A stretch of 64,000 bases of DNA, taken from Felis catus. Taxonomy: Eukaryota. The translations under genes were made by a program, and so were the position numbers. The notes below the pieces were generated by a model. That model was not told the origin of the DNA, made no database searches, and saw only the letters and a program-made list of their open reading frames with translations. Below, one piece after another: positions 25,162 to 37,957 of this stretch. The stretch's first letter is position 1. Each line of letters starts with the position of its first letter. The stretch covers positions 130,388,001 through 130,452,000 of the forward strand of contig NC_058368.1 of NCBI RefSeq assembly GCF_018350175.1, in the 5' to 3' direction.

Positions 25162-27884
25162 TGCATAGATGCATCTTATAAACATCTCTGGGATTGAGGC
25201 ACCTGAACCATGCCAAAGTCCCTTTCCATGATTCATAAAGAGTATTGTTTATTTGAACTGAAGTCATTCTCTTTACTATAAGAAAACTTTGTCCCTAGAG
25301 TTTTATTAAGTGTCCTTGTACATGGTGGCATCTTATTAGCACAACTTACAGTTGATGCCTTTGATAATCTTTTTAATTTTTAAAATTAGAAAATACTCAT
25401 TGAAATATATCCAAGGTGAGATTTTTGGTGTTTATATGGAACAGTTTTATAGAATATGAAGAGTTATATAGAACATGAATAATTGAGTGCTAAACTAATC
25501 CAACTTTGCATCACATAGTCTATAAAATATAACAGCCTTTCTGAAACTTTAATGGATTTCTACATTTCAATTTTTTTTTTTTAACTTAGTGGCATGCTAG
25601 CACAATTACCAAAAATTACTCCGCTGGAACAGCTGTAGGCAATAGCATTAACATAACCTGTTAATGAATTAGTCTATAATGTTCTGAAGTGTTTTTTCTT
25701 TGTTTTAATATGTTCCTAGCATTCGAAGAGAATCACTAAAATGATTTTGACCTAAGTCAATTACAAATGTTTGTATAACTTCATTTGGCTAAGGTTTATA
25801 AAGTACCAAACATTTGATAGAACTGTGATAACAGTGGAGAAATGAAATTACATGCCGCATAGTAGGTGTTAAAATTTTTGTTGACAAATGAATGAAAACA
25901 TACAAGATCCCATCACTTCTCTTTTGATCTATTTTATCACTTATTACGTGAGTAATCAATCACTCATTGAAACACCTACATATCAAGAACATTGTCCCTG
26001 ATCAGTACAGGTACAACCACCAAACTTGCTCGGTAGTAGACCCATTGTAGGCTGTGATTAAACTGGCTGAGTTGTTTAAAGTCAATTCTGAGGCAAGATA
26101 CAGAGAACGAAAACAGGTGTTTTATTTTGAATTATATATATCATTTGTTTGTTAGTTGTGTCTTAATTAAATAATTACAGCCTTGCTGTCACATGTTACA
26201 TAGCTTACAAGTTAATTCTACATCAAGTAGACTAAATAAGAGTGTAATAAAATGTGTGTGTCTCAGTTGGAAGATTACAAGACATATATCAGATCTCAGG
26301 AAAAAAGTAGAATAGAATTTCATACTCAGTCAACTTTTTCTGTGATTATAGAAACCTGGCTTCTTTCATTTACTATACTGTCAACACTTGATTATTTCTT
26401 TATACAGGTTATTTCAGATAACCTTAAGCCTTTGCTTTTACAAAGTCACTTTACTGTGTATGAGAATGAAGTTCTTACATCAGTACAAAAATAAATAAAT
26501 TGAGCATTTACTTTGTACAAGCCACTTCAGTGAAATGATTCAATTTGATTCAGTTTGTTAAACATGTATTGATTGCTTTCTATGGAAAGACACTGAGCTG
26601 GTTTTATAAATATTCATATAGAATTGAATTAAGAGATATGTCTATCATTAGTGAGCTTTTGGCCTTGTTAAATGTTATGATTGTGAAAACTCATCAGTCT
26701 GCTTGATATATATCATTTCTGGAAGAAAACTCTTTGGCATCTGAAAATGCTAGTGTTGATGCATCAAAATGTAATGGCTGTATTTTATGTTTCCTTTTCT
26801 ATTCATTCATGATTGAGGAAGATGGCCATATTCAGTTAGAGATGCATGTTTTGTCAGACAGATATATATGCACACACTCTTTAACCCCTGTTTACCATGT
26901 ACCTTGAATTCTCCCTTTTGAAATAGTTGGAATAATTGACTTCAGAAGATCAATGGACTCAGAGTGGTGATATTCTCAGGTTCCAGTGGGAAGAGTCAGA
27001 ATGTCTGAAAACAACTGAAAGTGTATTTTGGGCAGAACACCCATAAAGAGAAGTCTCTTGGTGTATACCTGCCTCCCTTCCAGCCCGCCAGCCTTTGCAG
27101 AGCCATCACTCCCACTGCTCTTGGCTTATCTGCTGTCTGTGGAAAGGTCCCACTCAGTCATATCCTCTAGCAAGGTGTCAACACTTCAGAGCCTACTCTT
27201 CTCATCAGGGATTCAGAAAATCACTCCCTCTGCTTAGCCTAGCAGGATGTACTCGAAGTCTGTTACTTGTAAGCTTAGTTCCACTTGATTCCAAAACCGA
27301 TGAGACCAAAATATTACACAGTGTCATAGGCTTTTTTTCCTTCTAGAGTGTGGTTTGGGACATGCACAAAATGTCTAGTGAGACTGGTGTTGGGGAGGGA
27401 ATCCCAGCAGTTGATGGGTTTGGTTGTATAGACTGTATTTCCACTGCGTGTGACGGACACACTGCTAAAGCCATGGCAAGTAGTTTGCACTGTTGGTCCA
27501 AATGGGATTTGAGACTATTCTTAGAACTCCAGAAGGTAGGACTAGGTGCCCCATTCCTTTGCCTTTCCCAGTACACCTTTTCATGTACTGGATGTGATTT
27601 CTGGTCTCCACATGACTTGACAGCCTCTGTTACTGAGATGTCTGTGTTCCTACACAATGTTCAACACATGATTCTACCGCTTGTGTATCAGTATCCAGCT
27701 CAGTTTGTTTTCTTGTACTATCTGGGACTTGGTAATTTGTACTAGTGTCCTCTTTGCCCCAGTGATTTCATCCTTGGCCTCAATCTTACACTTGTCTCTG
27801 CTTTTCCCCATCTCTCTGACAGGATATTTCAGCATACCATGTGTCCAAGTATACTTCACCTATGATTGTTTTACAAGATCTGCC

Positions 27885-29231
27885 TTTTTTTTTCAATATA
27901 TGAAGTTTATTGTCAAATTGGTTTCCTTCCATACAGTGCTCATCCCAAAATGTGCCCTCCTCAATACTCATCACCCACCCTCCCCTCCATCCCACCGCCC
28001 ATCAACCCTCAGTTTGTTCTCAGTTTTTGAGAGTCTCTTATGCTTTGGCTCTCTCCCACTCTAAGCTCTTTTTTTTTTTCCCTTCCCCTCCCCCATGGGT
28101 TTCTGTTAAGTTTCTCAGGATCCACATAAGAGTGAAACCATATGGTATCTGTCTTTCTCTATATGGCTTATTTCACTTAGCATAACACTCTGCAGTTCCA
28201 TCCATGTTGCTACAAAGGGCCATATTTCATTCTTTCTCATTGCCATGTAGTACTCCATTGTGTATATAAACCACAATTTCTTTCCATTCATCAGTTGAGG
28301 GACATTTAGACTCTTTCCATAATTTGGCTATTGTTGAGAGTGCTGCTATAAACATTGGGGTACAAGTGCCCCTATGCATCAGTACTCCTCTATCCCTTGG
28401 GTAAATTCCTAGCAGTGCTATTGCTGGGTCATAGGGTAGGTCTATTTTTAATTTTTTGAGGAACCTCCACACTGTTTTCCAGAGTGGCTGCACCAATTTG
28501 CATTCCCACCAACAGTGCAAGAGGGTTCCCATTTCTCCACATCCTCTCCAGCATCTATAGCCTCCTGATTTGTTCATTTTGGCCACTCTGACTGGCGTGA
28601 GGTGATATCTGAGTGTGGTTTTGATTTGTATTTCCCTGATGAGGAGTGACGTTGAGCATCTTTTCATGTGCCTGTTGGCCATCTGGATGTCTTCTTTAGA
28701 GAAGTGTCTATTCATTTTTTCTGCCCATTTCTTCACTGGGTTATTTGTTTTTTCGGGTGTGGAGTTTGGTGAGCTCTTTATAGATTTTGGATACTAGCCC
28801 TTTGTCTGATATGTCATTTGCAAATATCTTTTCCCATTCCATTGGTTGCCTTTTAGTTTTGTTGGTTGTTTCCTTTCCTGTGCAGAAGCTTTTTATCTTC
28901 ATAAGGTCCCAGTAGTTCATTTTTGCTTTTAAATCCCTTGCCTTTGGGGTGTGTCAAGTAAGAGATTGCTACGGCTGAGGTCAGAGAGGTCTTTTCCTGC
29001 TTCCTCCTCTAGGGTTTTGATGGTTTCCTGTTTCACATTCAGGTCCTGTATCCATTTTGAGTTTATTTTTGTGAATGGTGTGAGAAAGTGGTCTAGTTTC
29101 AATCTTCTGCATGTTGCTGTCCAGTTCTCCCAGCACCATTTGTTAAAGAGACTGTCTTTTTTCCATTGGATATTCTTTCCTGCTTTGTCAAAGATTAGTT
29201 GGCCATACATTTGTGGGTCTAGTTCTGGGGT
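27885..29231 (-). mobile_element. Felid L1, 5'-truncated (~1.35 kb, disrupted ORF2 C-terminal region + 3'UTR + polyA)
   Basis: ELDPQMYGQLIFDKAGKNIQWKKDSLFNKWCWENW and [20 protein letters not shown]...[25 protein letters not shown] (ORF2 Cys-rich domain), with frameshifts. Confidence 0.97.
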
Positions 29232-29336
29232 AGAAGAGCTTTGTTTTACTTGTTGACTCTGACATAAGTAGCTTATTTCCCTTTGGGGATAGAATGACTT
29301 TCCTTTGGGCAAGAAGTCAAGTCAGATTTTTCACTT

Positions 29337-31452
29337 CTTTTTTAACTGATAGACTTTATTTTTAAAACAATTGTATATTTACAGAAAAATTAAGCAGAAA
29401 GTACAGAAAGCTACCACATACAACCTCCCTCCTCAGCTTCTCCTATTATTAACACCTTCCTAACAATGGCACATTGTTAATGCATGATGAACTAATATTG
29501 ATACATTATTAATAACTAAAAGCCCATAGTTTACTTTAGGGTTTACTCTTTGTGTTGTATGATGGATTTTCATAAATGCCTACAAAATTGATACATATAA
29601 ATATCATGTGTCCACCATTACAGTATCATACAGAACAGTTTCAATGCCCTAAAAATTTTTTGTGCTCCACCTATTCATTTCTTTTGCCCCTTCCCCCAAG
29701 TCCCTAGCCACCAATGATCTTTTTACTGTGTCCATAGTTTTATATTTTCCAAAATGTCGCTAGTTGTTATCATATAATAGGTAGCCTTTACAGACTGTCA
29801 TCTTTCACTTAAGCAATATGCACTTAAGATTCCTCCTTAATGTCTTTTTGTGGTTTGATAGCTCATTTCTTTTTATTGCTGAATAATATTCTATTATATT
29901 AAGGTACTCAGTTTATCCATTTACCTACTCAAGGATATCTTGGTTGCTTTTAAGCTTCAGCTATTATAAATAAAGTTGCCAGAAATATGTGTGTGTAGGT
30001 TTTTGTAGAGGTAGATGTTTTTAACTAAATATCAAAGAGTATAATTGCTATATCATATGATAAGTGTATATTTAGTGTGATAAGAAGAGTAAGTTCTGAA
30101 GTGTTGAAGCCTTTGCTAGAGAGGATACTACTGTGGGAATTTTTCCATGGGCACCAATAAATGAGAGTTCCTATTGTTCCACAACCTCAGTAGCATTTAA
30201 TGTTGTCATTGCTTTGGATTTTAATCATTCTAATAGTTGCATATTGGCATATCACTGTGGTTTTAATTTGCATTTCCCTAATGACTTAGGATGACACTTT
30301 TCATATGCTTAATGGTCATTGGTATATATTCTTTGGTGGGGAGTCCATATCTTTTGTTTATTTTAAAAATTGAGTTGTTTGTTTCAAAAATAGAAATACC
30401 GTATGATCCAATCGTTCTAGTACTCACTATTTACCCAAAGAAAACAACAACAACAAAAAAAACACTTGTTGAATTTTAAAAATTCATTCTGTATTTTGGA
30501 CACAAATTATTTACCAGATATGTGTTTTGCAAATATTTCCTCCCAGTGTGTTGTTTCTGTTGTTTGTCTTTTAATTCTTTTAGCAGTGTCTTTCACAGAA
30601 TAGAAGTTTGTAATTTTAATAAAGTCCAACTTAATTAATTTTTTTATGGATCATGCTTTTAGTATGTATCTAAAAACTCATTGCCAAACCCAGGGTTACC
30701 TGGATTTTCTCTTATATTATCTTGTAAGGATTTTGTAGTTTTGTCCTTTGTGCTTAGGTCCATAATCCACTTTAAGGTACTTTTTTGTGAAAGGTCTCTG
30801 TCTAAATTCGTGTGGTTTTTTTTGCTTTTGTTTTTGTTTTTTTGCATGTGGATGTCGTGTTGTTCCAGTACCACTTGTTGAAAATACCTTTTCTCCAGTT
30901 GACTAAATTTGTGTGTGTCTCTTCCTGAGCTTTTGATTGTGCCCCACTGACCTATTCACCTATTCTTTTGTCAATACTCTACTGTCTTGATTACTGTAAC
31001 TTTGTAGTAAGTCATGACTTTGGGTAGGGTTAATCTTTAGACTTTGTTCTGCTTTTGCAATATTGTGTCGGCTCTTTCAATATTCTGGTCGTTTGTCTTT
31101 CATATAAACATTAGTAAGAGTCACTTTGCCAACATCCACAAAATGAGTCACTCGGATTTTGATTGGGATTACATTGAATATATAGATCAAGTTGGAAAGT
31201 TCTGAAATACTAACAGTATTGAGTTTTCCTATCTGTGAATGTGGAATGTGGCTCAATTTGTGTAGACTTTTCTTCAATTTCTTTCATCACTTTTGTAGTT
31301 TTCCTTGTATGGGTCTTATAATTTTTTTAGATTTATGTATAAGATTTATTATTGTTTTGTTGCTGTAATTACTATTATTATTTGGTTGTAGGGCAAATGG
31401 TTTTGTGTTTTTAATTTCAAACTCTGTTCATTGCTAGTATATGGAAAGCAAT
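29337..31452 (-). mobile_element. Old L1 (L1MC1-like) 3' portion
   Basis: ATAGACTTTATTTTT...TTTACAGAAAAATTAAGCAGAAAGTACAGA 3' end and decayed ORF2 (LSNLIYIFNVIPIKI). Confidence 0.85.
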
Positions 31453-31529
31453 GTAAATTCCTCACTTTTTACAACAATATGCTAACTTTACCACCTACAC
31501 ATCTGGTCTCCAAAGCAATGTTGATATCC

Positions 31530-32095
31530 TGTAATCAAAATATGGAACATTTGTTAATCAGTGACTCAGTGAGAACTAAAACTCAAATTGACTACTAATG
31601 AGCTCCTTAAAAGTCTTAACTGAGGCAACAAGGGGGAGAGGTAACTGTCCGTTTGTAGATTCTCTGCTCTAAGACTAAAAACTTCTATACTCTATACTCA
31701 AGAAAGTCATGTGCCTACGATCTGTCCTGATCAATCCCTGACAACTTGCTTTTATAACTACACTTCTGGAAAATGCCCAATTTGTGACCATCACCATGTG
31801 GGTGAAGGTCAGCTAATCGACAGTAGCTTCATTATGGCTGACTTGTGAGACAATTCTACAGCTTGAGATACTTCCACTTTTAGACACTTTCATAGCTACT
31901 AAAGATCACCTAATTCTTAATCACTGTTGCTTCCAAAAGTCCACCAATCCTTGAACTCTGTGTGTCTCAAAACCCTCATAAAATCATCATCTTGCTTTGA
32001 TCAGTAATACTGAGCTCTATTGATATAGATCTCCCGTGCTTACAAAACATTCCATGAAGCTTTTGTTTCAAACATTGAGAGGTGGTCCCTTTAAT
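31530..32095 (+). mobile_element. Possible old LTR (MER110/MER90-like)
   Basis: CCACCAATCCTTGAAC...AAAACCCTCATAAAATCA...GCTTTGATCAGT resembles that LTR class. Weak. Confidence 0.35.
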
Positions 32096-32185
32096 AAATA
32101 AGAGCTTTATTCCCCCCTTTTATCAATTAGGCTACAAGAAATAACAGCTGTGGATTGCATTATTTGATGCCCACATAGAAACTTT

Positions 32186-32405
32186 AAAAAAAAATTTTTT
32201 TTAACATTTATTTATTTTTGAGACAGAGAGAGACAGAGCGTGAACAGGGGAGGGGCAGAGAGAGAGGGAGACACAGAATCTGAAACAGGCTCCAGGCTCT
32301 GAGCTGTCAGCACAGAGCCTGACGCGGGGCTCGAACTCACAGACCGTGAGATCATGACCTGAGCCGAAGTCGGACGCTTAACTGACTGAGCCACCCAGGC
32401 GCCCC
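32186..32405 (-). mobile_element. CAN-SINE (copy A of stacked triplet)
   Basis: Full body with TSD GAAACTTT. Confidence 0.97.
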
Positions 32406-32410
32406 GAAAC

Positions 32411-32431
32411 TTTTTTTTTTAATTTAGTTTT

Positions 32432-32462
<31 letters not shown>

Positions 32463-32626
32463 CATAAGCAGGAGAGGAGCAGAGAGAGGGGGACCCAGAA
32501 TCTGAAGTAGGCTTCACGCTGGGAGCTGTCAGCACAGAGCCCAACATGGGGCTCAAACCCATGAACTGGGAGATCATGACCTGAGGTGAAATTGGACACT
32601 CAACTGACTTAGCCATCCAAGTACCC
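32411..32626 (-). mobile_element. CAN-SINE (copy B of stacked triplet)
   Basis: Full diverged body. Confidence 0.95.
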
Positions 32627-32645
32627 TAGGGCTGGGTAGAAACTC

Positions 32646-32857
32646 TTTTTTTATTTTTTATTTTTAATGTTTATTTTTGAGAGAGACAGAGTACAAGTGG
32701 GGGAATGATAGAGAGAGAGAACAGAATCCCAAGCAGGATCCAGCCTCTGAGCTGTCACCACAGAGCCCTATGCAGGGCTCAAACTCAAGGACTGTGAGTG
32801 AGATCATGACCTAAGCTGAAGTCAGACACTTAACCAACTGAACCACCCAAGTGCCCC
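32646..32857 (-). mobile_element. CAN-SINE (copy C of stacked triplet)
   Basis: Full diverged body with TSD GAAACTCTT. Confidence 0.95.
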
Positions 32858-33444
32858 ATGAAACTCTTAATAGAACTATTCTTTTAGCATTTTCTTGGCT
32901 TTTTTTTTTTATTTTGGTCACAAATTTGCAAAAAACATGAATATACTTTCCTTATCTTTTGTAAAACAGTTACTTAATTCATTTCTCAATAGCTAGGAAA
33001 ATATTCTTTATGTAAAGAAACTTTTGTACATTTCTCTCAGAGTTTAATGCCAGGTAAAATTGTCCCCCCTGAGCAAATGATTTCCTTTTTTTCTTTGGCT
33101 GCCATGAATCTCAGCACTATCTTTTCTAACCAGTTATATGACTTACTTCTCACTTTAAGATTATGTTCTTAACCATAATGACACATGGCTTTCATTTATT
33201 TTCAATTTTTTTGTTACTGTAATCCTTAGTATAATGTTTTTATTGCATTTGATGTTTGCTTAACCTGCCTCAAAATTCCATTTTGGGGACCAGGTATGGA
33301 AAAATTTTATAATACATTTTTTTCAGAAACATTTTGATAACACTCTAATATTTGCACACTTCTTGCTCTTCTCAGTCACTTTCACCTTTAATAAGAATAT
33401 TTCTTTATGTTTTTATAATATCTAGAATTTGGCAGCAATATTTT

Positions 33445-33668
33445 TAAAAAAAAAATTTTTTTCAACGTTTTTTATTTATTTTTGGGACAGAGAGAGACAG
33501 AGCATGAACGGGGGAGGGTCAGAGAGAGAAGAAGACACAGAATCGGAAACAGGCTCCAGGCTCCGAGCCATCAGCCCAGAGCCCGACACGGGGCTCGAAC
33601 CCACAGACCGTGAGGTCGTGACCTGGCTGAAGTCGGACGCTTAACCAACTGTGCCACCCAGGCGCCCC
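33445..33668 (-). mobile_element. Young felid CAN-SINE
   Basis: Full body with TSD AGCAATATTTT. Confidence 0.97.
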
Positions 33669-34599
33669 AGCAATATTTTAATAAAGTCAGTCAACTGAAA
33701 TTATATTTTCACAAATCATTTCTAACACTGATATTCCCTAGGGCAAAAATTATGTGTCATAATATTAATTCTCAGCGTAACTGGTGAAAGGTCAATCCCC
33801 CATAGCAGTTAATTGGCCAAGTATACAATTGCCTTTGAAAGTGTTAAAACGTTAATAGCAGTAATGTACTACAGTAAAGGATAGCATCTTAACCTTGAAA
33901 CATTGGTGGTAGCAGTGGGAATCAAAATGAATATTTCTAAGTGTTTACTTCACTCCTCTACCCAGCAAAGTAATAGATTAGCTAATCGAAGCAGTTGACA
34001 TCCTGTGTAGAAGAGTAGTTTTCACAACAGATATAACAAAGTACACATCCCAAATATGAGACTGATTTTAAATCTGATATAGATATATCAGATATAAATA
34101 TATATCAGATATAAATATATCAGGCTTAAAATATGTATAAATATATAAATATAAATATCCCTCTGTCCCACTGCACGTTTCTTACACACATCCAATAACT
34201 TGCATTAGGGTCCTTGAAACTAATTTATGTGGCTGGAATTACAGCTATTGCTCTTCCTATGGATAGCTTTTGCTTTCCTCTAATGAACACAGGTTCTATC
34301 AAGAGAGGGAATAAATCATGGTGCCCATGGTATGGTTTAAGGAGATGATAAAAAGGGCTTATTACAATACAGTTTTCTTCCCCTTTTTCATAGATACTAT
34401 TTTGCTTTAAATCTGTCCTTAGAATGGATATGGAAAGGGGAATGAATACACAGTAGAAGAGAAATAGAGATTACTCTCCTCAAATTCTAAAAAAAAAAAA
34501 AGGCAAAACCTACATCATTAACACCAATTAGTCTTTTTCCAGGGAGTTTAGTAGATAGCTTTAGTGGACATAGTACAATAAGTTCCTGTTTCTTGAGGA

Positions 34600-34648
34600 G
34601 ATAGAGATAGACAGACAGACAGATGGAGACAGACAGACAGGCAGACTG
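34600..34648. repeat. (GACA)n/(GATA)n simple repeat
   Basis: Seen directly. Confidence 0.8.
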
Positions 34649-34765
34649 TCTTCTCTGAGGCACAGGATGAATAAATAACCCTAGGATCCTGGAGTGAGAA
34701 GGGCAATGGTGGAGGATGTTTGAGGAACTCTGAAATTAGGTTCATGATGCAGAATGAGCAGTCTT

Positions 34766-34980
34766 TAAAATTTTTTTATTACATTTATTTATCTTTGATA
34801 GAGGGAGACAGAACACAAGTGGGGAAGGGGCAGAGAGAGAAGGTGACACAGAATCAGAAGCAGGCTCCAGGCTTGGAGCTGTCAGCACAGGGCCTGACAT
34901 GCGGCTCAAACTCACAAACCGTGAGATCATGACCTGAGCCGAAGTCGGATGCTTAACGGACTGAGCCACTCAAGCACCCA
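34766..34980 (-). mobile_element. CAN-SINE
   Basis: Full body with TSD CAGAA(T/C)GAGCAGTCTT. Confidence 0.96.
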
Positions 34981-35639
34981 CAGAACGAGCAGTCTTAAGA
35001 AGTAAGAAGTAATGGGAAAAATACAAGGCTGTACATTGGGACTCTATTTTAACCTTAAATATATTCCTGATTAATAGTGGATTTAGGTTCAGAGGACAAA
35101 GGCGGGTTAGTTTCAGGTCCAGCAACCTGTAATATCCGGAAAGGAAGGGGAGGTAATCCCATTCTTTGCCTTTTTTCTTGATTCTTTCTCAAATGACCTT
35201 GTCTTTAATGAATATAAGGTTTAGGTAGTATTAAGTGCCAACATGGCAGCAAATACAATACTAAAAAGAAGCCATCTGTTTTTCAAGGAAAGATAGAAAA
35301 TTACTACCAAAGCAAGCCTCTCTGATGTTTGCACTAGTCTCTATCTGTTCCCAAAACCACTGGAATGGAAGTTGCCAGACACCCATTTTTGTCTTCCTTC
35401 TCTGCTGATTTTCTCAGCAGAGAATATCCTCAAAATTGAGGATACCCCCAGCATTATCTACATCTAATATTCAGACATTTTCCCAGGATGAGGCCAAGAG
35501 AGGCTAATGTCTCTGGCCCTGTTTTGAAGACTCTTAGCTGTGAGCATCTGAGAGACCACTACTGAGAATGAATGAGTTGGCTCTAGCATAATACATTTTT
35601 AAAAGTTCCAAATTTTTGTTTTATTTTCATATATATACT

Positions 35640-35665
35640 TAAAATTTTTTTTACATTTATTTATT

Positions 35666-35716
<51 letters not shown>

Positions 35717-35914
35717 AATGGGGGGGGGGGAGAGGGAGAGAGGGAGAATGAGCAGGGGAGGGGCAGAGAGAGAAGGAGACACAGAATCCAAAGCCGGCTC
35801 CAGGCTTGGAACTGTCAGCACAGAGCCGGATGCGCATCTTGAACTCACAAACTACGAAATCATGACCTGAGCCGATAGCTGGACACTTAACTGACTGAGC
35901 CACCCAGGCGCCCC
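35640..35914 (-). mobile_element. CAN-SINE with (GA)n and poly-G expansion
   Basis: Full body ending CCCAGGCGCCCC. Confidence 0.96.
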
Positions 35915-36224
35915 TATTTTTGTATATTTTAAAATATCCTAACAACTTACTATGTTTCCTCATTTGAAACCAAGGCAGAACAGGTAATATGGTAGTTTTA
36001 TTCATCTAAGGCTGTACTTTGGTGATTTCATTTCCTATTTAAAATAATCATGCTGTATATTATCACCTGTATGACACAGGACCTATTTGTAGTGATAACC
36101 CTATTCACAAGCCATAGTTAATTTTTACCTTTATTGAAGCTCTTCAGTGAGCCGTCTGCTTCATATTGTCACATTGGTAGTGCCACCAGCAGCAGCATAA
36201 CAATTGCCATTTATTTAGCAATAT

Positions 36225-36380
36225 CCCTGTATCAGACCCAAGGCTAAAGACCAATTTCTTCTCATGCACTTGTTACATAAACTATGGCAGGTAATATTCT
36301 CCCCATTTGATAGAGGAGAAGACTGAAGCTGAATGACGTTCAATAATTCGTACTGGGTCACACAGATAGCAAGTGGCAAG
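36225..36380 (-). mobile_element. MIR
   Basis: TTCTCCCCATTTGATAGAGGAGAAGACTGAAGCT...GGTCACACAGATAGCAAGTGGCA. Confidence 0.7.
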
Positions 36381-37957
36381 AGTTCATTCCTCCTGATACT
36401 ACACTCAAAAAATAAGGACGCTGAGGCCCAGAAAGACCAGAATGAAGGGCACACAGCAAGTGACAAATTTAAAATCAGATCTGTCTGAACTCTCGCAGAA
36501 CATGTTCTTAAAATTGTATCCTCTATTCCTCATTCCGTGTTTGTTTCTCTGCCCTCTCTGAAGTGTAGCAAGAGGAAGAAAATCTGTGAATTAAAGAGTT
36601 TTGAACTGGAAACTTAGAAACCTTCCCATTTTATGCGTTTAATAAACAGGCATAATTCTATGCCTGAGGTCATGCTTTTAGAAGGAATACTTGAGATTCG
36701 AGCTGTTATCTTGGCAGTGGTCTCAAGAATGTTTCTTGATGACCTCATTGTTGCTAATTAATCACTAGCATATAGACAACACAAAGTTATTCATATAAAA
36801 AATAGAGGCAGCTAACAGTAGCTTGCTTCAGAAATCATTTTTATTGAAGGAGAGAGAAAATGTGAAATGGGTTTCACTGGAAAGTATTGTAAGAGCTCTG
36901 TATGACTAATTCCTAAGCTCACATTTGGGCTTAGTCCTGGTGGCTTTGCAAATGAATTTAAAAAGAAAGGGCAGACAATAGGAAGGCTGGTTCACTTTCA
37001 TTGCCTTCAGCTGGAAACAAGCTAGTGCCCACCTCCACCAAAGCTGTGCCTGCCCTGGCTGCCTCAAGTACAAGTGTATTCTACAATGTGGTCTTGCAGG
37101 TTTTCATTCTCCTCCCTCAATGACTTTTATATCAAAGCTGCTTTATTTTCAAGTTCACATAATGGGACTCCAACCTAATACTTGCCAAGCTCTCATTGAT
37201 CCTTGGTGTGGAATAAATGTGAACACTGCCTCATTAATCCTCTCCACGGTCCTTGGAGAGAAGTGGTAAGCAATATCCCATCCATTTTGCGGTGGAGGAA
37301 AGAAGGGAAAAGTAAATTGCACACTTTGCATCTGTGCCCAGCCTTCTGGACATTTCCATCTGGATATCCTGCTGGCTTGTTAAACTCAACTTACCCTGAA
37401 CTGAACTCATTCTCTTCTTCTTTTCCAAAATTCATCCTTCTTTCTGGACATTGTGTCTTGGTTAATGGGACTACTATACACACAATTCCCTTGGTAGAAG
37501 CCTCTGAGTCATCTTTAATTTCTCTCACTTTCTATATTCCATCAGTTATAATGTTAGCTTCCTCTTCCATAGAAATAGCTCTGAAATTCATCTCTTCTCT
37601 TCCAACAACCATGCCCCAGTCTTTTGCTCTACCCAGTGTCTCGTCATTCCTTCTCCAGATTAATGCCAAAACATAAAAAATAAGATAAAAAACCCCACGT
37701 TTATATCCAATTTAGGTTTTTCAATTTGTCCTTTATACTGTCTCAAAAAAACAAAAACACAAACCAACAACAGTTTTCCTAACAACAAGGCATTATTTTG
37801 TTATTTTCTGCTCAAAAAAGTCTGATGGCCTCATATGACCAGCAAACACAATGTTGACCCTTGTCTCATCAAAGAGATGTTTTATAATTGGGCACAACTC
37901 ACACCTTCAGTCTGAGAACTTGTCTACCACTTCTTGTTACCATGTGCTACCTACTTT

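Noticed and set aside
27350..27745. 131-aa Cys-rich ORF after a TTTTTTCCTTCTAG acceptor-like site
   Set aside because: No recognisable domain, non-ATG start, several overlapping ORFs on both strands and no convincing donor. Cannot be supported without a homology search.
32212..32394. Recurrent short ORFs such as [36 protein letters not shown] and GAPGWRSRLSVRLQPGHDLAVREFEP, which could look like a repeated peptide gene family
   Set aside because: They are translations of CAN-SINE bodies with TSDs and A-tails, not genes.
32170..32870. Repeat-spacer pattern reminiscent of a CRISPR array
   Set aside because: Mammalian DNA. The repeats are TSDs and the spacers are SINEs, and there are no cas genes.
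37203..37676. 157-aa ORF
   Set aside because: Mostly overlaps a decayed L2, has low-complexity Ser/Leu composition and a non-ATG start.
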